Shown here: piece by piece, positions 39,200 through 50,213 of the stretch
How positions within the stretch are numbered: position 1 is the first letter of the stretch
Layout: every line of letters starts with the position of its first letter
Assembly: GCF_044704955.1 (NCBI RefSeq)
Contig: NC_091984.1
Coordinates: forward strand, 143,468,001 to 143,532,000
Length of the DNA stretch: 64,000 nt
Direction of reading: 5' to 3'
Source: Pristiophorus japonicus
Taxonomy: Eukaryota
The notes under the pieces: generated by a model
What the model was told of the DNA's origin: nothing
Seen by the model: only the letters and a program-made list of their open reading frames with translations
Database searches by the model: none
Program-made: the position numbers and the translations under genes

Positions 39200-41690
39200 A
39201 TTAGAACATAAGAAATAGGAGCAGGAGTAGGCCTACGGCCCCTCGAGCCTGCTCCACCTTTTAATATGATCATGGCTGATCCGATCATGGACTCAGCTCC
39301 ACTTTCCTGCTTGCTCTCCATAACTCCTTATTCCCTTATCGGTTAAGAAACTGTCTATTTCTGTCTTAAATTTATTCAATGACCCATCTTCCACAACTCT
39401 CTGAGGCAGCGAATTCCACAGATTTACAACCCTCAGAGAAGAAATTCCTCCACATTTCAGTTTTAAATGGGCGGCCCCTTATTCTAAGATTATGCCTCCT
39501 AGTTCTTGTCTCCCCTATCAGTGGAAACAGCCTCTGCATCCACCTTGTCAAGCACCCTCATAATCTTACATGTTTCGATAAGATTACCTTTCATTCTTCT
39601 GATTTCCATTCAGTATAGGCCCAACCTACTCAACCTTTCCTCATAAGTCATTGCCCTCATCTACGGAATCAACCTAGTGAACCTTCTCTGAATGCCTCCA
39701 AAGCAAGTGTATCCTTTCTTAAATATGGAAACCAAAACTGCACGCAGTATTCCAGTTGTCGCTTCACCAATACCCGGTATAACTGTAGCAAACACTTCCT
39801 TGCATTTATACTCTATCCCCTTTGCAATAAAGGCCAAGATTGCATTGGCCTTCCTGATCACTTGCTGAACCTGCATAATAAACTTTTGTGTTTCATGCAC
39901 CAGGACCCCCAGTTCCCGCTGTACTGCAACACTTTGTTATTTTTCTCCATTTAAATAATAACTTGCTCTTTGATTTTTTTCTGACAAAGTGTATAACCTC
40001 ACACTTTCCAACATTATATTCCATCTGCCAAATTTTTGCCCATTCACTTAGCCTGTCTATGTCCTTTTGCAGGTTTTTTGTTTCCTCCTCATACATTGTG
40101 TTTACTCCTTTCTTTATATTGTCAGCAAACTTGGCTACATTACACTCGGTTCCTTCTTCCAAGTCGTTGATATAGATTGTAAATAATTGGGGTCCCAGCA
40201 CTGATTTCTGCGGCATCCCACTAGTGACTGATTGCCAACCCGAGAATGAACCATTTATCACGACTCTGTTTTCTGTTAGTTAGCCAATCCTCTATCCATG
40301 TTTATATATTACCCCCAACTCCGTGAACTTTTATCCTGTGCCTTTAATGTGGCACCTTATTGAATGCCTTCTGGAAATCCAAATACACCACATCCACTGG
40401 TTCCCCTTTATCCACCCTGCTTATAACATCCTCAAAGAATTCCAGCAAATTTGTCAAACATGACTTCCCCTTCATAAATCCATTCTGACTCTGCCTGACT
40501 GAATTATGTTTTTCCAAATGTACTGCTACTATTTCTTTAATATTTTCCCAACCACAGATGTTAGGCTAACTGTTCTCTAGTTTCCTGTTTTTTGTCTGCA
40601 TCCTTTTTTTAATATGGGCATTACATTTGCAGTTTTCCAATCTGCTGGGATCTCCCCAGAATCCAGGGAATTTCGGTAAATTACAACCAATGCATCCACT
40701 ATCCCTGTCATTACTTCTCTTAAGACCCTAGAATGCAAGCCATCAGGTCCAGTGGATTTATCCGCCTTTAGTCCCATTATCTTACTGAGAACCACCTCCT
40801 TAGTGATTGTGATTGTGTGAAGTTCCTCTCCCCCCCCCCCCCCCCATAGACCCCTGACTATGCACTGTTGGGATATTTTTAGTGTCCTCTACTGTAAAGA
40901 TTGCTACAAAATATTTGCTCAGTGTTTCTGCCATCTCCATGTTCCCCATGTTCCCCATCACTAATTCCCCGGTCTCGTCCTCTAAGGGACCAACATTTAT
41001 TTTATCCGCTCTTTTCCTTTTTATATACCTGTAGAAACTCTTGCTATCTGTTTTTATATTTTGTGCTAGTTTACTTTCATCTTCCATTTCTTAATCATTT
41101 TTTTAGTCATTCTTTGCTGGATTTTAAAAGCTTCCCAGTCTTCTGTCCTCCCACTAATTTTGGCCACCTTGTATGCCCTTGTTTTTAAATTGGATACCGT
41201 CCTTTATTTCTTTAGTTAGCCACGGATGGCTATCTTTTTTTTTTACATCCTTTCCATCTCACTGGAATATATTTTTCTTGAGAGTGATTAAATATCTCCT
41301 CAAATGTACGTCACTGTTCATTAACCGTCCTACATTTTAATCTATTTTCCCAGTCCATTTTAACCAACTCTGCCCTCATACTTTTGTAGTCTCCTTTATT
41401 TAATCTTAGTATACTAGTTTGAGATTCAACTTTCTCGCCCTCGATCTAAATTTGAAATTCAACCATGATATGGTCTCTCATTCCAAGGGGATCCTTTACT
41501 GGGAGATTGTTTATTAATCCTGTCTCATTGCACAAGACCAGATCTAAGATAGCCTGCCCCCGGTTAGTTTCTTTACATACTGTACAAGGAACCCATCCCT
41601 TATGCACTCTATCAACTCTTCTTCAAGGCTACCCTGACCAATTTGATTTGTCCAATCAATGTGTAGGTTAAAATCACCCATTACAATCAT
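39200..41690 (-). mobile_element. CR1 LINE (degraded ORF2)
   Basis: ORFs 39661..41087 on minus strand; 3' tail at ~39200. Confidence 0.88.
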
Positions 41691-41699
41691 ACCATGAGA

Positions 41700-42357
41700 A
41701 CTTCCAGTGCGAGCTGCTCCAAGTGAGCGATGGCTTCGAAGTGGGTGATTGGGTGATGGGGTGATGTCATCAGGACCCAGGTCGGCATTTGGAGCGTGGG
41801 CAGGAACATCGGCGGACCCAGGTAAAGCAGAGGAGTGGGAAGGTCGCGGGGAGGTGTGGTGAGTGATCGAGGTGGAGGAGCGATGAGGGATCGTGGCTGA
41901 GATTCAGTTGGTGATCGTGGCGGAAGTCCGGCAAATGTTTGGCGCAGAGGTGCGGCGAGAGATCGTGGCGGAGGTGCGGCGAATGTTGGTGGCGGAGGAG
42001 CGCTGAGGGATCATGGTGGAGGTGCGGCAAATGAGGGTTCGGGGCCCAAAAGAGCCGAGGGCCCAGGGGCAGCACGGGCCAGCCCACACTGCGATATGTA
42101 AGCGCACTGGGTCCGTGCAGAGCAGGCCTCCAGTCATCCGGGTTAATCTTTGCCACTGGATAAAGGCCTAGCTCTGTCAAGCCCGTGTGGTGGCTGATGT
42201 GCAACGGTCACCACGTTAAAAAAAATCCATGCACAGGCATCTTCCAGCCCCTCAGTTGGAGTTCAGGACTGGATCATCGGGTCCTTCATTGAAACATCTG
42301 TGAACTCAGTTGGAAGCAAGTCATCCTCGTTCGAGGGACCGCCAATGATGATGATGA
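41700..42357 (+). mobile_element. Non-autonomous RTE-tailed element
   Basis: Ends ggaagcaagtcatcctcgttcgagggaccgcc..(GAT)n like the RTE at ~23690-23735; partial inverted copy at ~35690-35890. Confidence 0.6.
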
Positions 42358-42450
42358 GTAGGTCAGTGAGGTCAGGGGCAGTAGGTCAGTGAGGTGAGAG
42401 GTAGTAGGTCAGTGAGGTCAGGGGCAGTAGGTCAGTGAGGTCAGGGTTCA
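42358..42450. repeat. 23-bp tandem repeat x4 containing AGGTCA half-sites
   Basis: aggtcagtgagg at 42360, 42383, 42406, 42429. Confidence 0.85.
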
Positions 42451-43449
42451 TATTGGAGTGAGGCAGGGTACGGACACTGCATTTTGGAAAGTTGGGGTTT
42501 ATGGAGAGCGGATGAAGGAAGCCAGGAGGGGACAACGAAATAATCGAGTTTAGAGATGAGACTGCACACAGGGAGGTTAAAGTAATAGTGACCTCAGTCT
42601 TTATCAAGACATTCCAAAGTGAGGAACAGGCCTTAGGGGCTGGCTTATATACAGTGCTCCCAAGGGATGCTGGGATCCCTTGGGACTTCAGGGGATGTGC
42701 TCCCTGGTGGCAGAACATGGGAGTGCATGCTTTACAGATACACAACAGAGCCAAGCAGAGCCATGGGTTTCTTCCATCAAGGGGCTGATGTAGGGCGGAG
42801 ATGGGCAATGTTGGAGATGGAAATAAGAGGATGTGGCGTACGAAGCTCAGTCTTTGGAGAACCAATAGGAAGGAGCCATGTTTCCTGGTCCCTAGTGGAA
42901 GAGCGGCACCCTTCAGTGAGAAAACCAAGGCCTGTCTGAGGCAGGTATTGTGACGGTCAGAGGTCCATTTTGTGGAAGGAGGAAAGGTCAGAGAGACCAC
43001 AGACATTGTGCTCACCATGGACTCCGCCGCTGAGTGGGGTCAGCGGCCGGAAGGAGGCCAGAGCGTCGCCAGGGGCGACGGAGGCCCGAGCGTCGCCGGG
43101 GGGGGGGGGGGCGGGGGGAGGAAGGGAGGCCCGAGCATCGCCGAGGGGGGAGGGAGGGAGGGAGGCCCGTACTTTAGGGTGAGGAGTGAAGGTCGGGCCC
43201 AAACCTGTGGATGGGGCGGATCGGAGGCTCACAGCCGTTGAGTTCGCCGGGATAGGTTGGAGCAGCTGAGTCGGCCAATGGGGAGTGAGAAGCGAGGGTC
43301 CAGCTGGAGGGACATGGCAGCAGGCAGGTCGACCTGGAAGGTAGGCCGAGGATGGGCGATGGGCAGTGGGACCTTGCGTACAGGATTTTAGGGATTTAGC
43401 GGTAGGTAAAATACTTACACCGCAGTCAATCCACCTACGGCCCAAGCAC

Positions 43450-44290
43450 CCAAGGCCCCACCCCACTGCTGGCCAAGAACGAGGAGACACTGAGGCAGTC
43501 AGAACCTGCTGGAAGGAACACTTTGAAGATCTCCTCAATCGAGAATCTGCCTTAGATCTGAGTGTCCTCGACTCCATCCCGCAGCATGCTACCCATCACC
43601 TTCTCAGTAAAACCCCAGCCCTGCACGAGGTTGAAAAGGCCATCTGTCAGCTCAAGAACAATAAGGCATCGGGGACGGATGGAATCCCCGCTGAGGCATT
43701 AATGTATGGCAGAGCGTCACTATTGACATGAATTTATGACCTCATCTCTCTCATCTTGAGGGAGGAGAGCATGCCGGGAGATCGCAGAGATGCAGTAATC
43801 GTGATCCATCTTTAAAAAAGGGGACAAGTCCGACTGCGGCAACAGCAGAGGAATCTCCCTGTTATCAGCCATTGGGAAAGTCATCGCGAGAATCCTCCTC
43901 AACCGTCTTCTCCCTGTGGCTGAGGAGCTCCTGCCGGAGTCACAATGCGGATTCCGTCCACTACGGAGTACAACGGACATGATATTTACAGCGCGACAAC
44001 TGCAAGAGAAAAGCAGGGAACAGCACCAACCCTTGTCCATGGCCGCCTTTGAACTTACAATGGCCTTTGACACTGTTAACCGCGAGGGTCTGTGGAGCGT
44101 CCTCCTCCGTTTCGGCTGCCCCCAAAAGTTTGTCCCCATTCTCAGCCTGCACCACGACGACATGCAAGCCATGGTCCTAACCAACGGATCCATCATAGAC
44201 GCAATCCACATTCGGACCGGAGTCAAGCAGGGCTGCGTCAACGCACAAAACCGATTCTCGATCTTCCTGACGACAATGCTCCACCTCACA
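43450..44290 (+). mobile_element. RTE-clade LINE RT fragment
   Basis: KASGTDGIPAE, LPESQCGFRPLRSTTDMIF, GVKQGC. Confidence 0.88.
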
Positions 44291-44675
44291 CTATTGGAGA
44301 ACCAATAGGAAGGAGCCATGTTTCCTGGTCCCTATTGGAGGACCAATAGGAAGGAGCCATGTTTCCTGGTTCCTATTGGGGGACCAATAGGAAGGAGCCA
44401 TGTTTACTTGTCCCGATTGGGGGACCAATAGGAAGGTATCATGTTTCATGCGACCTATTCGAGGACCAATAGGAAGGAGCCATGTTTCCTGGGCCCTATT
44501 CGAGGACCAATAGGAAGGAACCATGGTTCCTGGTCCCTATTGGGGGACCAATAGGAAGGAACGATGTTTCCTGGTCCCTATTGGGGGACGAATAGGAAGG
44601 AGCCATGTTTCCTGGCCCCTATTGGAGGACCTATAGGAAGGTGCTATGTTTTGTGGGCCCGATTGGAGAACCAGT
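44291..44675. repeat. 41-bp tandem repeat, ~9.5 units, each with a ctattgg/ccaatag hairpin
   Basis: ccaat at 44302, 44343, 44384, 44425, 44466, 44507, 44548. Confidence 0.92.
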
Positions 44676-44819
44676 GGGATGTGGAGTGTGCATCCGTCAT
44701 GTTGTAAATGTTGGATCATCGGCACCTGATCCCAGCAAAAATATCCTGACCTGGAGAGGGGCCATGGAAGGGGAAAGGATTCGTAGGTGTTGTGAGCGGA
44801 AAGGATGGAGCAGTGGGTC

Positions 44820-46510
44820 ATAGAAACATAGAAACATAGAAAATAGGTGCAGGAGCAGGCCATTCAGCCCTTCTAGCCTGCACCGCCATTCAATGAGTTC
44901 ATGGCTGAACATGAAACTTCAGTACCTCCTTCCTGCTTTCTCGCCATAACCCTTGATCCCCCGAGTAGTAAGGACTTCATCTAACTCTCTTTTGAATATA
45001 TTTAGTGAATTGGCCTCAACTACTTTCTGTGGTAGAGAATTCCACAGGTTCACCACTCTCTGGGTGAAGAAGTTTCTCCTCATCTCGGTCCTAAATGGCT
45101 TATCCCTTATCCTCAGACTGTGACCCCTGGTTCTGGACTTCCCCAACATTGGGAACATTCTTTCTGCATCTAACCTGTCTAAACCAATCAGAATTTTAAA
45201 CGTTTCTATGAGGTCCCCTCTCATTCTTCTGAACTCCAGTGAATACAAGCCCAGTTGATCCAATCTTTCTTGATAGGTCAGTCCCGCCATCCCGGGAATC
45301 AGTCTGGTGAACCTTCGCTGCACTCCCTCAATAGCAAGAATGTCCTTCCTCAAGTTAGGAGACCAAAACTGTACACAATACTCCAGCTGTGGCCTCACCA
45401 AGGCCCTGTACAACTGTAGCAACACCTCCCTGCCCCTGTATTCAAATCCCCTTGCTATGAAGGCCAACATGCCATTTGCTTTCTTAACCGCCTGCTGTAC
45501 CTGCATGCTAACCTTCAATGACTGATGTACCATGACACCCAGGTCTCGTTGCACCTTCCCTTTTCCTAATCTGTCACCATTCAGATAATAGTCTGTCTCT
45601 CTGTTTTTACCACCAAAGTGGATAACCTCACATTTATCCACATTATACTTCATCTGCCATGCATTTGCCCACTCACCTAACCTATCCAAGTCACTCTGCA
45701 GCCTAATAGCATCCTCCTCGCAGCTCACACTGCCACCCAACTTAGTATCATCCGCAAATTTGGAGATACTGCATTTAATCCCCTCGTCTAAATCATTAAT
45801 GTACAATGTAAACAGCTGGGGCCCCAGCACAGAACCTTGCGGCACTCCACTAGTCACTGCCTGCCATTCTGAAAAGTACCCGTTTACTCCTACTCTTTGC
45901 TTCCTGTCTGACAACCAGTTCTCAATCCACGTCAGCACACTACCCCCAATCCCATGTGCTTTAACTTTGCACATTAATTTCTTGTGTGGGACCTTGTCGA
46001 AAGCCTTCTGAAAGTCCAAATATACCACATCAACTGGTTCTCCTTTGTCCACTTTACTGGAAACATCCTCAAAAAATTCCAGAAGATTTGTCAAGCATGA
46101 TTTCCCTTTCACAAATCCATGCTGACTTGGACCTATCATGTCACCATTTTCCAGATGCACTGCTATGACATCCTTAATAATTGATTCCATCATTTTACCC
46201 ACTACTGAGGTCAGGCTGACCGGTCTATAATTCCCTGTTTTCTCTCTCCCTCCTTTTTTAAAAAGTGGGGTTACATTGGCTACCCTCCACTCCATAGGAA
46301 CTGATCCAGAGTCAATGGAATGTTGGAAAATGACTGTCAATGCATCCGCTATTTCCAAGGCCACCTCCTTAAGTACTCTAGGATGCAGTCCATCAGGCCC
46401 TGGGGATTTATCGGCCTTCAATCCCATCAATTTCCCCAACACAATTTCCCGACTAATAAAGATTTCCCTCAGTTCCCCCTCCTTACTAGACCCTCTGACC
46501 CCTTTTATAT
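44820..46510 (-). mobile_element. Young 5'-truncated CR1 with an uninterrupted 507-aa RT/C-terminal ORF
   Basis: ORF 44919..46442; (catagaaa)n tail; possible TSD ggtca at 44816-44820 and 46513-46517. Confidence 0.93.
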
Positions 46511-46895
46511 CCGGTCAGATCCTGTCCTGTCGCTCCAGCTCACACTGATGGGGTGAGGATCTCCACCCTCTGCTGGGCCTTCATGAAACCAGCTTTCTGT
46601 CCAAACCGGTCCCCACTGAGAAAAGGCCCTTAATTTGGCAATAAACAGCCAGTGTACTGAGAGAGGCCAAGGGATGGCCACTGTGGGGAATGGGGCCTTA
46701 CTCCAGGAGAATGCATGCTCTGGGGTCAAGGGTTAACATCCATCGGTGGGGCAGGGCACAGGGAGGTTTATTCTGCATTTCAGTATGCTGCACCGGGGAG
46801 TCTGTGGGGAAGGGAGAGTGGAAACGGGGAGAGAGAGGCTATGAATCAGAGACAGAGAGGTGTAGAGGAAAGCTGTGAGACATAGAGCAATGAAG

Positions 46896-46941
<46 letters not shown>

Positions 46942-46970
46942 ACCGGGAAGGAGATGGAGGGAGAGAAGAA

Positions 46971-47067
46971 GAGGAAGTGAAATGTGCTGACGTGGCTTTC
47001 TCTGGGTGAAGACATTTACATACTGAGGGATGGGCAATGAGGCTCTCACAGGCTGCAGGTTTATAAA
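46971..47067 (+). promoter_or_regulatory. V-gene promoter
   Basis: EICE GAGGAAGTGAAA 46971-46982; TGACGT 46988-46993; octamer variant ATTTACAT 47014-47021; TATAAA 47062-47067; (GA)n immediately upstream. Confidence 0.7.
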
Positions 47068-47126
47068 GCAGAGCCCAGTGAAGGGTAGTTTATCAGTAAG
47101 CAGGCACAGGGACAGGAGCAGACACC

Positions 47127-47175
47127 ATGATTTCACCCATCCAGCTGATCTGGCCTCTAGCATTCTGCGTCGCAG
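47127..47175 (+). CDS. IGKV: Ig kappa-type V leader exon (MISPIQLIWPLAFCVA/G)
   Basis: caccATG Kozak context, hydrophobic signal peptide, phase-1 GT donor at 47176. Confidence 0.9.
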
Positions 47176-47361
47176 GTACCAATCTCTCTCCTTCCACGTT
47201 TAATATCTCCCTGCTGTCGATTTCTGTCCAACTCTACTGACCAATGATTGAAGGGCAAATGCTGACACTGGAGGAGAGCTCAGTGTCTCGAGCAATCTCT
47301 CATTTTACAGCGTCTTTCTGTGACGTGCTTACTTCACTTTCTTTCCCCATTTCCCCCTCAG

Positions 47362-47663
47362 GTATCAGTGGGGACATCATCATGACCCAGTCTCCCCCGG
47401 TGCTGTCAGTGAGTGAGGGACAGACTGCAACCATCACCTGTACCGCCAGTGCATCTGTTAGCAGCAGTTATGTTCATTGGTATCAGCAGAAAGCCGGGCA
47501 GAAACCCACTCTGCTGATCTATTATGCAACAACTCGTTTCACTGGAACCTCCGATCGCTTCACCGGCAGTTACCAGTCCAACACGTTCACCCTGAGCATC
47601 AGCAACGTGCAGAGCGAGGATGTCGCAGTCTATTACTGTGGGCAAGGGTATAGCTACCCTCTA
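47362..47663 (+). CDS. IGKV: Ig kappa-type (NS4/type III-like) V exon, germline unrearranged, open
   Basis: AG acceptor 47360-47361; [56 protein letters not shown]. Confidence 0.96.
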
Positions 47664-47691
47664 CACTGTGATACATAGCTGTACAAAAACC
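47664..47691 (+). other. V recombination signal sequence, 12-bp spacer
   Basis: CACTGTG-atacatagctgt-ACAAAAACC. Confidence 0.93.
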
Positions 47692-47992
47692 TCAATATAC
47701 ACAGCCCCACCTCCTGTACTGACTCACCCCACAATTATATATAATTTATAATAATGGACACACAGCCCCACCTCCTGTAAGGTTTTACACATGACTGACA
47801 CACAGCTCGATGGGAGTGACGGCAGGAATATTCAGCTGGAAGCTGCAGTGAATTGGGAAAGGATGGAGTGGGTCAGAGAGGAGTTGGTGCTGTGTCTTCA
47901 TCACTGAGAATCTCACAGCTCCACTCTGTACATTCAGACAGCACGGAGACACTGGGTGTTCCCTGTGTCCTCAATCCAAATCATCTCACAAA

Positions 47993-48800
47993 CCCCCCAC
48001 TATTGAAAGGGCCACAACTTATAAAACCCAAAGCAGAAACATGAAAGGAAAGTGAACAAGTGAAATGTTCGTGCTCTTTCCCTGCCCACCCCACACTCGA
48101 GGCCCTGCGGTGCCCACCTGTCGCAGAAGGCCTCAGGCCTACCCTGGGCTCCGTCCCCAGGTCCACCCGGGTGTGGACAAAGCCCCCGAAGGGAGACAGG
48201 CAGGCAGTGCGGCCACCCCATGGGCCCCGTCCAACTGGGACCTGTGGATGGTCACCTCCGACCTGCCCACTCCACCCGCAGCGGGTGACCCGACCCAGGA
48301 GCAGGCGCACGGGGAGGCCCTCCAACCTGCCCACTCCCCCGGCACTGGGTGGCCAGGCCCAGGAGCAGGCCCACGGGGAGGCCCTCCAACCTGCCCACTC
48401 CCCCCGCACCGGGTGACCAGGCCCAGGACCGTGGGACTGAAGTGGAGCCAGAAATCGAGGAGCAGCCCCTTCAAATAGTGGCAGAGGGGCTGCATCCTCT
48501 CACACTCCACGTACACACGGGTCACGGACTGAGGAAACAGGTTTCTAAAGCCCCTGAAACTCGTTATTTTATAATGATCCCCGAGGAAGGCCTGTGTCAG
48601 CAACACAAACATCTCGCTTGCAGACGGAGCCCGTTGTTCAAGGGGCACAAAGAGGTGAGCCCTGTGTGACGGGGACTTTCATTCTCCAGCAATTCCGTGG
48701 CCCCAGGGTTACCGTCTGATGGGGCGGGAAGGGCAGCTGGGAGATTTGTCCCAAACACGTTGGATCTCCCAACTCTCCCGGGCACTACCACAGGCAACTC
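47993..48800 (-). mobile_element. Tx1-clade LINE 3' fragment between V and J
   Basis: ECERMQPLCHYLKGLLLDFWLHFSP matches the copy at 55731..56384. Confidence 0.75.
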
Positions 48801-49053
48801 GGACACAAAGAGAGGAAGGGAGAGTGAGAGAAAGAGAGTGAGAGGGAAGGAAAGAGAGACTGAGGGAGAGAGAGGGAGTGAGTGAGGGGAAGATGCAGAG
48901 AGAGAGTGAAGGAGAAAGGGTGAGAGAGAGAGAGAAACCGAGAGAGCAACAGATAGAGTGAGACACTGAGAAAGAGACAGAGGGAGACACACACACACAC
49001 ACACACACACAGACAGAGAGAGGGGGAGAGAGACTGAGTGAGCCAGGGACGGA

Positions 49054-49092
49054 GTATATTGTACAGCTACTGCACTGGAAGCTGTCACTGTG
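49054..49092 (-). other. J recombination signal sequence, 23-bp spacer, degenerate nonamer
   Basis: GTATATTGT (49054-49062), 23 nt, CACTGTG (49086-49092). Confidence 0.85.
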
Positions 49093-49127
49093 GCTCACGT
49101 TCGGTAAAGGAACCAAGCTCAGACTGA
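49093..49127 (+). CDS. IGKJ: Ig kappa-type J segment (LTFGKGTKLRL/S)
   Basis: FGxG motif; GTAAGT donor at 49128; splices in frame (A|GC = Ser) to C at 60689. Confidence 0.95.
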
Positions 49128-49214
49128 GTAAGTAAACCCCAATGCTCCATTATTAAATCTTTAAATACTGAATCTTTCTAAGACACAAATGCTGAATATG
49201 CGAAGGTGTTTGTT

Positions 49215-49650
49215 TACATATGATTACATTTGATCCTCCCATCTTTCCTCATCTAAATCTATCAGCATAACCCTCTATTCCCTTCTCCTTCATATCCCTG
49301 TCTAGCCTCCCCTAAAATACATCGATACTATTCACTTCAATCACTCTCTCTGGTAGCCAGTTCCACATTCTCACCACTTGCTGGGTAAAGAATTTTCTCC
49401 TGAATTCCCGATTGGATTTCTTGCTGACTATCTTATATTGATGGCCTCTAGTTCTGCTCTTCCCCACAAGTGGAAACAGTCTCTCTCTATCCACTCTATC
49501 AAAACCTTTCCGAATGTTAAAGACCTCTATCAGGTCACCCCTCAGCCTCAAGAGAAAAGAGCCCCAGCCTGTTCATCCTTTCCTGATATGTACACTCTCG
49601 CATTTCTGGTCTCATCCTTGTAAACCTTCTCTGCACCCTCTCCAGTGCCT
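49215..49650 (-). mobile_element. CR1 3' fragment in the J-C intron
   Basis: RLRGDLIEVFNI..FFTQQVVRMWN. Confidence 0.85.
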
Positions 49651-50213
49651 GTGTATGGGTTATATAATATGGTGGGGAGCTGCGGTGAATGAAAGGGTTA
49701 ATTGAAGAGTGCTGTGTATGACAGGGAGCCCGGCTGTATTCCTTTACCACACTCCCCCTTTACCCAGCAAAGTATAAGTAACGAACTGTTACCCACCGTG
49801 TGGAGGAGATCTGGACGTTGACACACTGCGGTCCCGTCCCTGCACCATCCCCGGAAATCGCTCCCGAGCCTCCTGCCTGTCTCAGTGTGACAGACACAGT
49901 GTGTGAGACACGGTCAGAGTGTGGGTGTGAGTGAGTGAGCTCGCTGGGGGCAGTCTGTGCTCCTGTCACAGTCTCTGATATAACTGAGCTCAGCCTCAGC
50001 ACACATGACACTCCCGAGGTCCCGCCTCCCCCAGCTCCAACTCTGATCTGTCCAGCCCCCGCTCACCTCCTGTCCAACTTCTGATCACAAACAGGGGCAG
50101 CAGGGCTCGCAATCCGGCGGCTGCAGTGCTCCAGGGTTGTGGGGAGACTCTCAGTTGCTGTTTCTGTGGCTCGAGTTCAGGCCGATATTTATCCCTCAAT
50201 CTACATCACTTAA

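Noticed and set aside
44291-44675. CRISPR-like palindromic repeat array
   Set aside because: Head-to-tail 41-bp units without unique spacers, no cas genes, vertebrate context
47244-47361. N-terminal extension of the V ORF in the ORF track
   Set aside because: Open intron frame; the real start is the leader exon at 47127
48597-49116. Ser/Leu-rich minus-strand ORFs
   Set aside because: Artefact of GA/CA low-complexity DNA upstream of J
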